From NCBI GenBank assembly GCA_964623265.1, contig CAZUTK010000008.1, positions 1 to 61,853 on the forward strand: a stretch of 61,853 nucleotides of DNA, given 5' to 3'. The DNA is from an uncultured bacterium. GTDB lineage: Bacteria > Electryoneota > B3-LCP. Positions 9,235 to 19,108 of this stretch are shown piece by piece. Position 1 is the first letter of the stretch; every line of letters starts with the position of its first letter. The notes below the pieces were generated by a model. The model searched no databases, was not told where the DNA came from, and worked only from the letters and a program-made list of their open reading frames with translations. The translations under genes and the position numbers were made by a program.

Positions 9235-10479
9235 CTATTTCTGAAGTTGAATGCGGTGATCCCGCTCGAGTTTCAGTTTGAAATTGAAGTTTCTAAGATT
9301 CGACTCCATTATGAAACGAGGTAAAGAGATCGTCAGATAATTCGATGAAAGAGCGCGAACGGCATTTGTATTATTCGTGCTTATACTAATCATATTTTGA
9401 ATTGTTCCAATGTTCCACTTTATAAAAGCGTTTTTTAACTCAACATTTAGCTCGCTTAACCGACGCGCTCTTTCGATTTTGATGTTCGGATTCAGTCTGT
9501 CCGCTAGCTCATATGCTCTGGTGCCTTCACGCGGCGAAAACGGAAAGATGTGCAAATAATCCAGAGGGATGGATTGAATCAAGCGAACCGTTTCTTCGAA
9601 ATCCTCTTGGCTTTCTCCCGGGAATCCCACGATGAAATCCGATCCCAAGCAGAAATCCGGACGCCGCTTCTTCAGATCTTTCAAATATGCAATCAGCTCG
9701 CGCGAAATCGGTGGTCGTCTCATTCGGCTTAATACGTGCGGACTCCCTGACTGAAAGGCAAAATGGAAATGATCGCAGATGCCGGATTCCTTCGAACACC
9801 AGTCGAGAAAATCGGGGGAGATCATTTTGGGTTCCAATGAGGAGAGACGAAACCGGATGTCCGGACCCGCCGCATTCAGAAGGGATTGCAGCAGCGCCTG
9901 CAATCCGGGACGCTCGGGCAGATCATCTCCCCAAGAGGCGATGTTCGTCCCGGTGAGAATGATCTCTGAGACGCCACTTCCCCGCAGAGACGCAACCGCA
10001 TCCACACACTCGCTCAAGGGGACGCTGCGGGAACGGCCTCGAAGCAGAGGTACGATGCAATAGGCGCAGTCTTCGTCGCATCCGGTTTGGATCCGCAAGA
10101 GCGCTCTGGATTTGCCATAGGGCAGCAGGCAATGTGGGGGGATGGGATTCCGACAAGGATCCATCCGCTCTTCGGCGTCGAGACCCAGAGGTTCGAGGCT
10201 TAAAGAATCGGCATCGCTGAAGTTGTGGGGTTGATATTTCACCCCACAACCCAGCGCGATGATTTTCAGATCAGGATACCCGCGTTTCAGCGCCCGAATT
10301 TCGCCCCGCGCTTTCGCCAGCGCACGCTGCGTAACCGCGCAGGTGTTCAGGATGAACCAATCTGCTTCTTTAGGATGGTGGACTGTATGATGATGATCCT
10401 GAAGGAGTTTCAGCAAAGATTCCGTGTCGAATTGGTTCTGCTTGCAACCCAGTGTTTTAAACCCGATTCTCAGCGACAC
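9235..10479 (-). CDS. mtaB: Radical-SAM methylthiotransferase, MiaB/MtaB family
   Basis: N-terminal UPF0004 domain (FKTLGCKQNQFDTE), a radical-SAM cluster CDEDCAYC, and a C-terminal TRAM-like region. MtaB versus another MiaB-like subfamily is not resolved. Confidence 0.75.
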   Translation of the reverse strand: MSLRIGFKTLGCKQNQFDTESLLKLLQDHHHTVHHPKEADWFILNTCAVTQRALAKARGEIRALKRGYPDLKIIALGCGVKYQPHNFSDADSLSLEPLGLDAEERMDPCRNPIPPHCLLPYGKSRALLRIQTGCDEDCAYCIVPLLRGRSRSVPLSECVDAVASLRGSGVSEIILTGTNIASWGDDLPERPGLQALLQSLLNAAGPDIRFRLSSLEPKMISPDFLDWCSKESGICDHFHFAFQSGSPHVLSRMRRPPISRELIAYLKDLKKRRPDFCLGSDFIVGFPGESQEDFEETVRLIQSIPLDYLHIFPFSPREGTRAYELADRLNPNIKIERARRLSELNVELKNAFIKWNIGTIQNMISISTNNTNAVRALSSNYLTISLPRFIMESNLRNFNFKLKLERDHRIQLQK

Positions 10480-10488
10480 AGCGTTGTT

Positions 10489-12672
10489 TCATTCCTCGCT
10501 TTTTTCTTCATCTTTTGTCTTCGTCCCCTCGGTATCCTCCGGTGTGGATTCTTTTTTTCCGGCTTTCTTAGATTTTCGCGGAGACGCCGCCTTCTTTTCC
10601 TCTTCGACTTCAGCCTGCGATTCGGCTTCTGCTGATCCCGCATCGGTATCAGCGGGTGCTGCGGCAGCTTCCGATCCCTCAGCTGCAGCTTTGGGGACTT
10701 TCTTTGCTACTCGTGCTTTCTTCTTCGGTTTTTCCTCAACTGCTTCGGATTCCGTTCCGGTGGAAACCGCCGCGGCTCCTTCAGGCGGCTGCTGACCGAT
10801 TTCTTCCGTTTTCTGCGCCGCCTCGTCTGAAAGAGCAACCTCTTCTTGTTGCTGCAGATACGCCTGATATTCCGATTCTTCCTCCCGCTTCTGCACGCTG
10901 GCGGCGGAGAGAATAATCTTCTTGTTCTCTTTATCGAATTCGAGGACTTCGAGCTTCAACTCTTCGCCCTCCTTCAGCGCCTTTCCCCGGCCGGTCTTGG
11001 GATCCTTGCCGAACTGCGACACCGGCAGAAAGCCCTCCAGCATCAGAGGCAATTCTACGATGGCTCCCTTGTCCACCGTGCGAACGATCTTGCCGTCCAC
11101 AATAGATCCGACGGCATAATTCGCCGCGAATTGCTCCCAGGGATTCTCCTGCGTCTGCTTATGCCCCAGAGCGATGCGCCGTTCATTGCGGTCGAAGGAT
11201 AGGATGACGACTTCGATGGGATCGCCCTTCTTCACCACTTCGCCCGGGTGCTTAATCTTCTTCGTCCAGGACAGATCGCTGATGTGAACCAGACCTTCGA
11301 TGCCTTCCTCCAGCTCCACGAAAGCGCCGAAAGGAACGAGGTCGCGGACGACTCCGGTGTGTTTCGTGCCGACGGCGTATTTCTCCTCCAGTTTCTCCCA
11401 GGGATCTTCCTCGGTCTGCTTCAACCCGAGTGAGATCTTTCGGTTCTCGGCATCAATGTTCAAGACGACGACTTCCACTTCCTGTCCGATATTCAACAAT
11501 TGCGCGGGATGTTTGATATGCTGCGTCCAGCTCATCTCGCTGATGTGGATCAAACCTTCGATGCCCTCTTCCAATTCGACGAAGGCGCCGTATTTCGTGA
11601 TGGAAACGACTTTGCCGGTCACTTTGGAATTCAGCGGGTAGCGCTTTTCGATGCCTTCCCAGGGGTGAGGCTGCAGCTGTTTCAGACCGATGGAAATTCT
11701 TTTGCGCACCGGGTCGAAATCGAGCACGCAGACCTTCAGACGCTGATCATAGGAGACAACCTCCGAGGGGTGATTGACGCGCCCCCAGGAGAGATCCGTG
11801 ATGTGCAGGAGCCCATCCACGCCCCCCAAATCCACGAAAGCGCCGAAATCGGTGATGTTCTTCACGACGCCTTCCATCGTCTGGCCGATCTGGATTTCGC
11901 TCAGGATCTTTTCACGCACGTCGCGCAGATTTTCCTCGATCAGCACCTTGCGGGAAAGGACGATATTCTTCCGCAATTCGTTGACCTTGACGATGCGGAA
12001 ATCCGCGGTTTCATTGATCCAGGAATCGAAGTCCCGCACCGGATGAATGTCAATCTGCGAACCGGGCAGGAACGCTTCCACTCCCATAACGTCCACGACG
12101 ATTCCTCCCTTGATGCGCCGCAGACATTTGCCTCGAACCGTTTCACCGCGCTGGTAGAAGTCCAGGATGGTGGACCAAACGCGGGCGAAATCGGCGCGCT
12201 TCTTGGATAACACCAGTTCGCCTTCTTGATCTTCAATATTCTCGAGAAAGACTTCGATGGTGTCGCCGATATTCAAGCTGGACGGATCTTCGAATTCCTC
12301 GATGGGGACCGTCCCTTCCGACTTGAAGCCGATATCTATGGCAACGTCTTTTTCGCTGATGGAGATGATCTTCCCGGTGACGATTTCGCCGGATTTGATT
12401 TCCCGCATCGTATCTTCGTACAATTTCGACATAAATGCGGATTCTTCCGGTTCATACTCCACATCCTCTTTCAGTTCCGAGAGCGGGATGACTTTTTCCT
12501 CTTCATCAAAATTCTGCGCTGCGGCGTTTGTCTTCGGGGTTTTCTCCGGATCGGGAAACGATGTCGAATCAGAAGTTTGCGAAGGATTCTGGTTCTGCGG
12601 TGTTACACCAGATGAGGGTTCCGGCGTTTGATTCTGGTTTTCTGGGTTTTGGTTTTCTGGGTTGAATGACAT
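10489..12672 (-). CDS. rpsA: 30S ribosomal protein S1 with low-complexity N- and C-terminal extensions
   Basis: Tandem S1/OB repeats (GEIVTGKII.., G.VV.V..FGAFV.L..G..GL.HIS repeated). The AGGAGG SD lies 9 nt upstream of the ATG. The gene sits next to ispH and cmk. Confidence 0.93.
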   Translation of the reverse strand: MSFNPENQNPENQNQTPEPSSGVTPQNQNPSQTSDSTSFPDPEKTPKTNAAAQNFDEEEKVIPLSELKEDVEYEPEESAFMSKLYEDTMREIKSGEIVTGKIISISEKDVAIDIGFKSEGTVPIEEFEDPSSLNIGDTIEVFLENIEDQEGELVLSKKRADFARVWSTILDFYQRGETVRGKCLRRIKGGIVVDVMGVEAFLPGSQIDIHPVRDFDSWINETADFRIVKVNELRKNIVLSRKVLIEENLRDVREKILSEIQIGQTMEGVVKNITDFGAFVDLGGVDGLLHITDLSWGRVNHPSEVVSYDQRLKVCVLDFDPVRKRISIGLKQLQPHPWEGIEKRYPLNSKVTGKVVSITKYGAFVELEEGIEGLIHISEMSWTQHIKHPAQLLNIGQEVEVVVLNIDAENRKISLGLKQTEEDPWEKLEEKYAVGTKHTGVVRDLVPFGAFVELEEGIEGLVHISDLSWTKKIKHPGEVVKKGDPIEVVILSFDRNERRIALGHKQTQENPWEQFAANYAVGSIVDGKIVRTVDKGAIVELPLMLEGFLPVSQFGKDPKTGRGKALKEGEELKLEVLEFDKENKKIILSAASVQKREEESEYQAYLQQQEEVALSDEAAQKTEEIGQQPPEGAAAVSTGTESEAVEEKPKKKARVAKKVPKAAAEGSEAAAAPADTDAGSAEAESQAEVEEEKKAASPRKSKKAGKKESTPEDTEGTKTKDEEKSEE

Positions 12673-12730
12673 GACTTTTTGCCTCCTGCCGAGGATGTCG
12701 GCATTGAAGGGTTAATGGATGATAATCAAT

Positions 12731-13588
12731 CTATTTGCAGTGGGTTTCTTCCTCTGCGACGATGTTTTCCACGGCTTGCGCGACTCTTTTCAACTGCCAC
12801 ATCGGGGTGGATGCCGATCCGGAAATGCCGACGTGATCGAGGTTCTTGAACCATTCCGGTTTCAGCTCCGTCTCGTTTTCGACGAAATAGGTATTTGGAT
12901 TGATGTTGCGGCAGACCTGATACAGCAGCGCCGTGTTCGAACTGTTGCGACCGCCGACGAAGATGACGGCGGGATGCTCGGCGGCGAACTGGGTCAATTC
13001 CTTCTGGCGGCGCGTGACGAAGCTGCAGCGCGAATCGAAGATTTCGAGATCCTGCACCTGGTTCTGCAACCGCTCCTGCCAGGTATTGAAAATCTCCGGC
13101 GAAACGGTGGTCTGCGCGATCAGCAGCGTGGGGACGTTCGGGTCAATTTCACTCCCCTCATCTTCGTTCTTCACGACGATGGCTTTCCCTTCGCAATGCC
13201 CCTGCAGAGCGATGACTTCGGGATGGTTCACCCGCCCGACGATGACGATCTGCTTGCCCTGGTGGTACGCCCGTTGAATCACCCGCTGCGAACGCATTAC
13301 CTTGGGACAAGTGGCGTCCACGATCTCGAGCCCCAACTGTTTCGCGTGCTTGAAAAACGCGCTCTCCTCTCCGTGGGTGCGAACCAGGATCGGACGATGT
13401 TCGGCTTCATTCAGATCCTCCACGAACTCGAGCCCGAGACCGCACAGACGTTCCATCTCCAGCCGGTTGTGAATCAGCTCCCCTTTCACGACAAGCTTAC
13501 CCCCGCTGTCCAGCCGTTTTTCCGCCGTGGCAATGGCACGTTTTACGCCGCCGCAGAAACCGGCTCGGGGATCAACCACCGCTTTCAT
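12731..13588 (-). CDS. ispH: 4-hydroxy-3-methylbut-2-enyl diphosphate reductase
   Basis: GFCGGVKRAI N-terminus, conserved Cys-containing blocks (DATCPKV, SRCSFVT) and HG..S.NT motifs typical of IspH/LytB. Confidence 0.9.
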   Translation of the reverse strand: MKAVVDPRAGFCGGVKRAIATAEKRLDSGGKLVVKGELIHNRLEMERLCGLGLEFVEDLNEAEHRPILVRTHGEESAFFKHAKQLGLEIVDATCPKVMRSQRVIQRAYHQGKQIVIVGRVNHPEVIALQGHCEGKAIVVKNEDEGSEIDPNVPTLLIAQTTVSPEIFNTWQERLQNQVQDLEIFDSRCSFVTRRQKELTQFAAEHPAVIFVGGRNSSNTALLYQVCRNINPNTYFVENETELKPEWFKNLDHVGISGSASTPMWQLKRVAQAVENIVAEEETHCK

Positions 13589-14205
13589 AATCCCGTTACC
13601 GAGGCTCTCAGTTCGGCGATGGCTTGCATAATCCGATTCGACATCGCTTGATACTTCTGCTTTGCTGCACTATGTATTACGTCTTTCGGATCCAAACGTA
13701 TCGGCTTCCCGATGATTACTTTTATCCCGGGACGCCGGGAGACGCGTTTCCAAGCGCCTCGCGTGCCGGATACGAAGATCGGCAGGACGTCCGCGCCGCT
13801 GATCGCTGCGAGGAAGCCCACCCCGCCAGTCGGCTGCAAGAATTCGCCAGTGCGGCTTCGCGTGCCTTCCGGGAAAACCAGCAGCGCTCCTTCATGATCC
13901 AGAACCCCCGTAGCAGCCTTCAGAGATCCGAAATCTTTGCCGGAACGCTTCACAGGGATCGAATTCCAGCGTCGGATCAATTTCCCTAACACTGGTTTGT
14001 TGAAAAGCTCCGCCTTCGCCATATAAAAGATCTCCCTGGGGATGCAGGAGCCGATGATCGGCGGATCCAGATACGATTGGTGATTGGCGGCGATGATGAG
14101 TTTCCCCTGTTTGGGGATGTTCTCCTTGCCGACCACCTTCAAACCGAATAAGAGCCTCGCAATAGAGCGAACCAGCAGGCTCGCAAACCAGTAATCAACC
14201 TTCAT
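13585..14205 (-). CDS. plsC: 1-acyl-sn-glycerol-3-phosphate acyltransferase
   Basis: Acyltransferase motifs NHQSYLDP and FPEGTRSRTG. The ATG at 14205 (MKVDYWF) is chosen; the ORF track opens at 14247. Confidence 0.85.
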   Translation of the reverse strand: MKVDYWFASLLVRSIARLLFGLKVVGKENIPKQGKLIIAANHQSYLDPPIIGSCIPREIFYMAKAELFNKPVLGKLIRRWNSIPVKRSGKDFGSLKAATGVLDHEGALLVFPEGTRSRTGEFLQPTGGVGFLAAISGADVLPIFVSGTRGAWKRVSRRPGIKVIIGKPIRLDPKDVIHSAAKQKYQAMSNRIMQAIAELRASVTGL

Positions 14206-14893
14206 ACGCGCGATAGAGGCGCAGGATTTCCTCGACCTGCTCCTCAATGCTCAAGGATGTCGTATCCAGAGTGACGGCATCCTTCGCTTTCTGCAAAGGG
14301 CTGTCGGCACGCTGTTCGTCGCGCCGATCCCTCTCCGCGATGCTCGCCGCTATCTCATTCAGATCGGCATTTCCGCCTGTCCGTTGAATTTCCTGAAGCC
14401 TTCTCTTCGCGCGCACATCCAAATCGGCGACCATAAAAATTTTCAACTCTGCATTTGGGAACACCACTGTCCCGATGTCTCTGCCCTCCGCCACCACGCC
14501 ACCGTGTTCACCTGCTTTGCGCTGCAACTGCACCATCTTCTCGCGTACCGCAGGGACTTCGCAGACCGGCGTCACCGCCTGAGTGACTTCGGCGGAACGG
14601 AGGGAATCGGTCACATCTTCTCCGTCGAGCAGCACCCGCTGATCTCCGTTCTGATACCGCAGGCTCACATCCGTTCGAGCGGCGATTGCAGCGATTGCGT
14701 CGGGTCGGTTGAGAGGCGTGCCGCTGCGCAGGACTTTTAAGGCGATCGCTCGATACATCGCGCCGGTGTCGAGATGTAGGAAATTCAACCGGCGCGCCAC
14801 TTCCTTCGCGGTCGTCGTCTTGCCCGCTCCCGCGGGACCATCAATGGCAATAATGGGCAAACGGCGTTTTCCCTGCTGCGGCACTCTGATCAC
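14195..14893 (-). CDS. cmk: Cytidylate kinase
   Basis: IIAIDGPAGAGKTTTAKEVARRLNFLHLDTGAMYRA P-loop and NMP-binding signature. The GTG start overlaps the stop of the upstream gene (GTGA). Confidence 0.92.
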   Translation of the reverse strand: MIRVPQQGKRRLPIIAIDGPAGAGKTTTAKEVARRLNFLHLDTGAMYRAIALKVLRSGTPLNRPDAIAAIAARTDVSLRYQNGDQRVLLDGEDVTDSLRSAEVTQAVTPVCEVPAVREKMVQLQRKAGEHGGVVAEGRDIGTVVFPNAELKIFMVADLDVRAKRRLQEIQRTGGNADLNEIAASIAERDRRDEQRADSPLQKAKDAVTLDTTSLSIEEQVEEILRLYRAYEG

Positions 14894-16605
14894 CGTTTGA
14901 TTCTCACTCCACCCGCTTCGCCTTCTTTGCGTACGAAGATCCAGCCCACGATTTTGCCCGGTTCCAGGATGGAATGATCATCGCCCCAGTAAAAGTGATT
15001 CCAATGATGCGCCGAAGAGGTCTCCGTCGCGGGGATGGAGTCAATTTCCGCTTTCAGTTCCTTCAGGCGCTCTTTCCAGACGGCGAAGTTTTTCTCCCGA
15101 AGATCCACCCAGCCGGCGTCCGCCCATTCGTCAATTTTCTCCGGCGTAATCTTGAACTTGTCGTTCACCTTGGAAGCTGGAATTTTCACTTCCGGACCGC
15201 GCAGCAGTGACTTCCCATTGCTTAAGAGAATGGGGATTCCGATGGAGAGAATCTGGCTGCGAACCCCTTTATCCCGACTGATGAACAGCTCCACCTTCTT
15301 AGACAGCTCTTTCGGCGTGCTCTTCAGCGCCGCGGAAAGCGACCCGCAAACCTTTTTCAGCAGATGCACTTCCCAAAGGAGTTTTGAGAGCCGCGGCGGT
15401 CCCAGCAGCTCGAACCCTACAGATTCCACGCCGTGCTTCTCCTGAAGATCCTGCATCGTCTTCAACGCGCTGCTGCGCATGGCGCCGGCGCGGTAGGTAG
15501 GCCCGAGCACGGATGCATCGAGAGCCGAAATGACGTCGTATCCGGACGTGGCTCCCTTGATCTCCAGCAGAGCGTAATCCGCGATTTCCTCGGGAGTGAC
15601 GAACTCCATCTGGCCGATCGAGCTCAAGGCGTAAAATTCACCGTAGGAAAAGATCCCGTTTTCCCCGGTGTCAATGTACACCGATTTCAGCACCTCGTTG
15701 GTGCGCACTCCCTGCTCGGGAAGTCTGGAATAAAAGACATCATCCAACGGGACGGCTTGATCCGGCGGACAATCGAAGATTTCGATCGGTTTGCCTCCTT
15801 TTGTGATCGGACCGTAGGCGATCTGTTTCCAGGCGATGGCGGCGGCAGGCTTGATTTCCTTGACGGCTGGTTCGTTCGGCGTCCTCCCCAACAGCATCAG
15901 CAGCAAGGATTGCGCTCCTCCCACAGCGGATTTCGCCATCAACACACGAGAAGGTCTCTCCTCCGAATGGGTGTAGGGGATATTCAGCCCCATACCGCCC
16001 GTTCCGGTGGTCCCGATCTTCACATAAGATTGCACTTCAAAACGCGAGAGCGTATTTTTCAGGATTTCGATGTGCCGGACCAGCTGCGGAACCGCCAGAC
16101 AACTGAGGAAACGCTCGATTTCAATTTGCAGGGATTCCGTCAACTTGCCTTTCTGCTGAGCGGCTTCCAACTCGCGCAGCACCCGCGCGCTCCCGGAAAA
16201 GGCATCTTGATATGCCAAGCCGGTGGCGGAATTCACGCAATCTATGATGAGGTGCGGCTGGTGCTTCTCTACAAATTTATAGATCGTGGACTCTGTTAAA
16301 ATTTCTTCCGATAGTTTTTCGATGCAATCCAGCATCAACTGCCGGCGCATCTGCGCGTCGGAGAGAATCGCTTCACGCGGATATTCCCGCAGGGAAGAGC
16401 GCACGAAGATGTCCCCCCATTCCGGGCAGAATTCGATGTCGGGCGCTTCCTTTGCGTAGATCCGGCAGGCTTCCTCCGCTTCTTCTTGCTTCAGGGATGC
16501 GACGATGATGCGTTCAGGTTTTTCGCGATACAGGCGACGGCAGATCGCAGAACCGACTAAACCCCAGCCCCCCCACACCATGACTTTTTTACCGGTGACG
16601 TCCAC
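14890..16605 (-). CDS. Uncharacterised 571-aa protein with N-terminal Rossmann-type dinucleotide-binding fold
   Basis: Long clean ORF. N-terminus KKVMVWGGWGLVGSAICRRL (GxGxxG) followed by IIVASL. There is a glycine-rich block KIGTTGTGGMGLNIPYTHSEE. I cannot name a family for the remaining >500 aa. It is translationally coupled to cmk. Confidence 0.6.
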   Translation of the reverse strand: MDVTGKKVMVWGGWGLVGSAICRRLYREKPERIIVASLKQEEAEEACRIYAKEAPDIEFCPEWGDIFVRSSLREYPREAILSDAQMRRQLMLDCIEKLSEEILTESTIYKFVEKHQPHLIIDCVNSATGLAYQDAFSGSARVLRELEAAQQKGKLTESLQIEIERFLSCLAVPQLVRHIEILKNTLSRFEVQSYVKIGTTGTGGMGLNIPYTHSEERPSRVLMAKSAVGGAQSLLLMLLGRTPNEPAVKEIKPAAAIAWKQIAYGPITKGGKPIEIFDCPPDQAVPLDDVFYSRLPEQGVRTNEVLKSVYIDTGENGIFSYGEFYALSSIGQMEFVTPEEIADYALLEIKGATSGYDVISALDASVLGPTYRAGAMRSSALKTMQDLQEKHGVESVGFELLGPPRLSKLLWEVHLLKKVCGSLSAALKSTPKELSKKVELFISRDKGVRSQILSIGIPILLSNGKSLLRGPEVKIPASKVNDKFKITPEKIDEWADAGWVDLREKNFAVWKERLKELKAEIDSIPATETSSAHHWNHFYWGDDHSILEPGKIVGWIFVRKEGEAGGVRIKR

Positions 16606-16636
16606 TGCTGACCTCGAGATGTTCGATGATATCTTT

Positions 16637-17251
16637 CTACGGGTTGTGCAGAGCTCTTACGCCGTCGTCATTTGATTCCGCGGATCCAACGAAATCCATC
16701 TTCACTTGGTTCGGGTCTTCGGCCACCAAGCCCTGCAGTTCGCGGATTTTCGGCAGGTCTTCCAGAGAATTGAGACCGAAATATCGGAGAAAATCCTGTG
16801 TGGTAATATAAAGCAGGGGCCTTCCCGGGGTCGTAGCACGACCGCCGACGGTGATCAAAGCTCTTTCCATCAATGTGCTTAATACCCCGGAGCTATCCAC
16901 CCCTCGAATGCGTTCGATCTCCGATCTGGGGATCGGCTGGCGATAGGCGATGATCGCGAGGGTTTCCAACGCAGAGCGAGACAGGCGCGTCTGCAATCTT
17001 TCTTTCAACAGGCGTTTGATCCAAGTTGCGAATTCCGGCCGAGTGCTCAGTTGCGCGCCGCCCGCCACCCGCGAAATGTAAAAAGAACGGTCGTGCTCCC
17101 GATAGAATTGATCCAGCGCCTCCAAATCCCCTGCAAATTCTTCCATCGAAATTTCGCCGATCAACTCCTTGACCCGGCTGTACGTCAAGGGAACGTCAGC
17201 GGCGAACAGTAGCGCCTCAATAATGCGTCTTCGCTCTCGAACCGTCATCAC
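16637..17251 (-). CDS. scpB: Segregation and condensation protein B
   Basis: IEALLFAADVPLTYSRV.. and ETLAIIAYRQPIPRSEIERIRGVDSSGVL are the winged-helix repeats typical of ScpB. Confidence 0.9.
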   Translation of the reverse strand: MMTVRERRRIIEALLFAADVPLTYSRVKELIGEISMEEFAGDLEALDQFYREHDRSFYISRVAGGAQLSTRPEFATWIKRLLKERLQTRLSRSALETLAIIAYRQPIPRSEIERIRGVDSSGVLSTLMERALITVGGRATTPGRPLLYITTQDFLRYFGLNSLEDLPKIRELQGLVAEDPNQVKMDFVGSAESNDDGVRALHNP

Positions 17252-17324
17252 CTTCAGATATCCATAAAAAGTGCAATTCCGGCTGCCAAGACTTATTCGT
17301 CGCAGCGGGACGGATCTCTCCGCT

Positions 17325-18101
17325 TCAAACGGCCTTGGAAATCAAGTAAAAATCGGCGTCGCCGACGCCCTTCAGAGCGATTTCACCGCAGCGCGTCATC
17401 TCAAGGATCGCCAGGAACGTCATAATCACAGCAATTCGGGTTTCCAGTTCTTCGATCAAACTGGAAAACGAAATCTTCTTCTGAATCTGCAATTTTTCCC
17501 GCAATATCTCCATCCGCTCGTGGAGCGTTTCCGGAAATAAAAAAATGTGGTAATCCTGCTTTTCCGCCTGCAGGCGGTCCATGGCGCGTTTGAAGGCCAG
17601 TAATAGATCGAAGAGCGTCACATCGCGGAGAAATTCCGCCGGATCTTCCTCTTCCAATTCCGGGACGATACCGCGGGGAAATAAATCCGACTGTTTGGCT
17701 TCGAGATTACGAAACAACTCCGCGGTTTCCTTATAGGCGCGGTACTCCAGGATGCGTTCCACCAACTCGCGGCGGGGATCGCCCTCCTCCACCCCTTCGC
17801 TTAGAACCGGCCGAGGCAGCAGCATCTTCGCTTTGATCGAAAGCAAAGTCGCCGCCAACATCAGAAATTCCCCTCCAACATCCAGATCGTGCGCGCGCAT
17901 TAGTTCGAGGGAATTCAGATATTCGCGCGTGATCAAAGCGATCGGAATGTTGAAGATATCCACCTCTTCGCGCCGGATCAAATACAGAAGCAGATCCATC
18001 GGACCTTCGAAGACCGGAAGGCGCAGTGAAATTCCGGGTCCCCACGCGCGATCCTGCAGAATCAAGCTTTCCTGGCGGCTGGTGGTCGAAATTTGGGTCA
18101 T
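17325..18101 (-). CDS. scpA: Segregation and condensation protein A (kleisin)
   Basis: FEGPMDLLLYLIRREEVDIFNIPIALITREYL is the ScpA signature. The ATG at 18101 (MTQIST) overlaps the trpS TGA (ATGA). The ORF track opens upstream at 18308 inside trpS. Confidence 0.88.
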   Translation of the reverse strand: MTQISTTSRQESLILQDRAWGPGISLRLPVFEGPMDLLLYLIRREEVDIFNIPIALITREYLNSLELMRAHDLDVGGEFLMLAATLLSIKAKMLLPRPVLSEGVEEGDPRRELVERILEYRAYKETAELFRNLEAKQSDLFPRGIVPELEEEDPAEFLRDVTLFDLLLAFKRAMDRLQAEKQDYHIFLFPETLHERMEILREKLQIQKKISFSSLIEELETRIAVIMTFLAILEMTRCGEIALKGVGDADFYLISKAV

Positions 18102-19108
18102 GGGAGTTTCATCGCCGATCGAACCTCCGCCATTGTCTGCTTTGCGATGACGCGCGCGCGAGCGTCTCCATCCGCGATGATGCGTTGAATTTCTTCGGGA
18201 TGCGCCTCGAAGTGGCGACGCTTTTCCCAGATCGGCTGAAGATATTCCACGACCTTTTTCAACAGATCCATTTTGTGATCGAGACAGCCCAACTGCCCGC
18301 TCTCGCATCCTTCCCTAACGGCTTGCAGGGTCGGCGGATCGAATTTCTGATGATAGGTGAAGATGGGACAAATATCCGGTCTTCCGGGATCGCCTTTGCG
18401 CACTTTCAAAGGATCCGTAATCGCTTTTCTCAGCTTATGCGAAATGACATCCGGCGGGTCGGCGATCAGGATGGTGTTGCCCAGAGATTTGGACATACGC
18501 TGAGCATCCGTGCCTGGAAGCCTCTTGAAATCGGTCAGCTTGGCTTCCGGCTCGGGGAAAACGCGGGTCTTATAGATTTGATTGAAACGTCGGGCGATCT
18601 CGCGGGAAATCTCCACATGCGGCACCTGATCTTCGCCGACGGGAACCAAATCACCCTTGTACAGCAGAATGTCCGCCGCCTGCAACACCGGATAGCCCAG
18701 ATGCCCGTAGGACAGCTTATCCTCGAGATTCAACTGTTTGGCTTGCTCCTTAACTGCAGGATTCCTCTCGAGCCTCGCAACCGTGACCAGCATCGAAAAA
18801 ATGAGGTGCAATTCAGCGTGCTCCGGGATATGCGACTGCACGAAGATCGGACTCTTTTCCGGATTGATGCCGGACGCAACCCAATCAATCACCATCTCGT
18901 GAGTATTTTCACGCAGATTTTGGGTCCGATCGTACGCCGTGGTGAGCGCGTGCCAATCCGCCACCAGGTGGAAGTTCTCGTACTGATCCTGCAATTCGAC
19001 CCAGCTTTCCAGCGCGCCGACTAAATGCCCCAGATGCAACTTGCCCGTGGGGCGCATTCCTGATAAGATCCGCTTCTTGTTCACGTCGTTTCGAAATAGA
19101 CTTAACAA
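18098..19108 (-). CDS. trpS: Tryptophan--tRNA ligase
   Basis: Class I motifs HLGHLVG (HIGH) and KMSKS, and an ILSGMRPTG N-terminus. TTG start at 19108. Confidence 0.93.
   Translation of the reverse strand: MLSLFRNDVNKKRILSGMRPTGKLHLGHLVGALESWVELQDQYENFHLVADWHALTTAYDRTQNLRENTHEMVIDWVASGINPEKSPIFVQSHIPEHAELHLIFSMLVTVARLERNPAVKEQAKQLNLEDKLSYGHLGYPVLQAADILLYKGDLVPVGEDQVPHVEISREIARRFNQIYKTRVFPEPEAKLTDFKRLPGTDAQRMSKSLGNTILIADPPDVISHKLRKAITDPLKVRKGDPGRPDICPIFTYHQKFDPPTLQAVREGCESGQLGCLDHKMDLLKKVVEYLQPIWEKRRHFEAHPEEIQRIIADGDARARVIAKQTMAEVRSAMKLP

Noticed and set aside
18026-19024. Long antisense or alternate-frame ORFs opposite well-supported genes. Examples: 18026..19024 (332 aa, opposite trpS), 12719..13651 (opposite ispH), 15433..16299, 55314..56210, 60699..61493, 719..1327, 34820..35686 and 40523..41173.
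   Set aside because: Each lies entirely within a gene that has clear family motifs on the other strand or frame. Their translations are Arg/Gly/His/Pro-rich low-complexity strings typical of shadow ORFs in GC-rich DNA. None has an SD or any recognisable domain.
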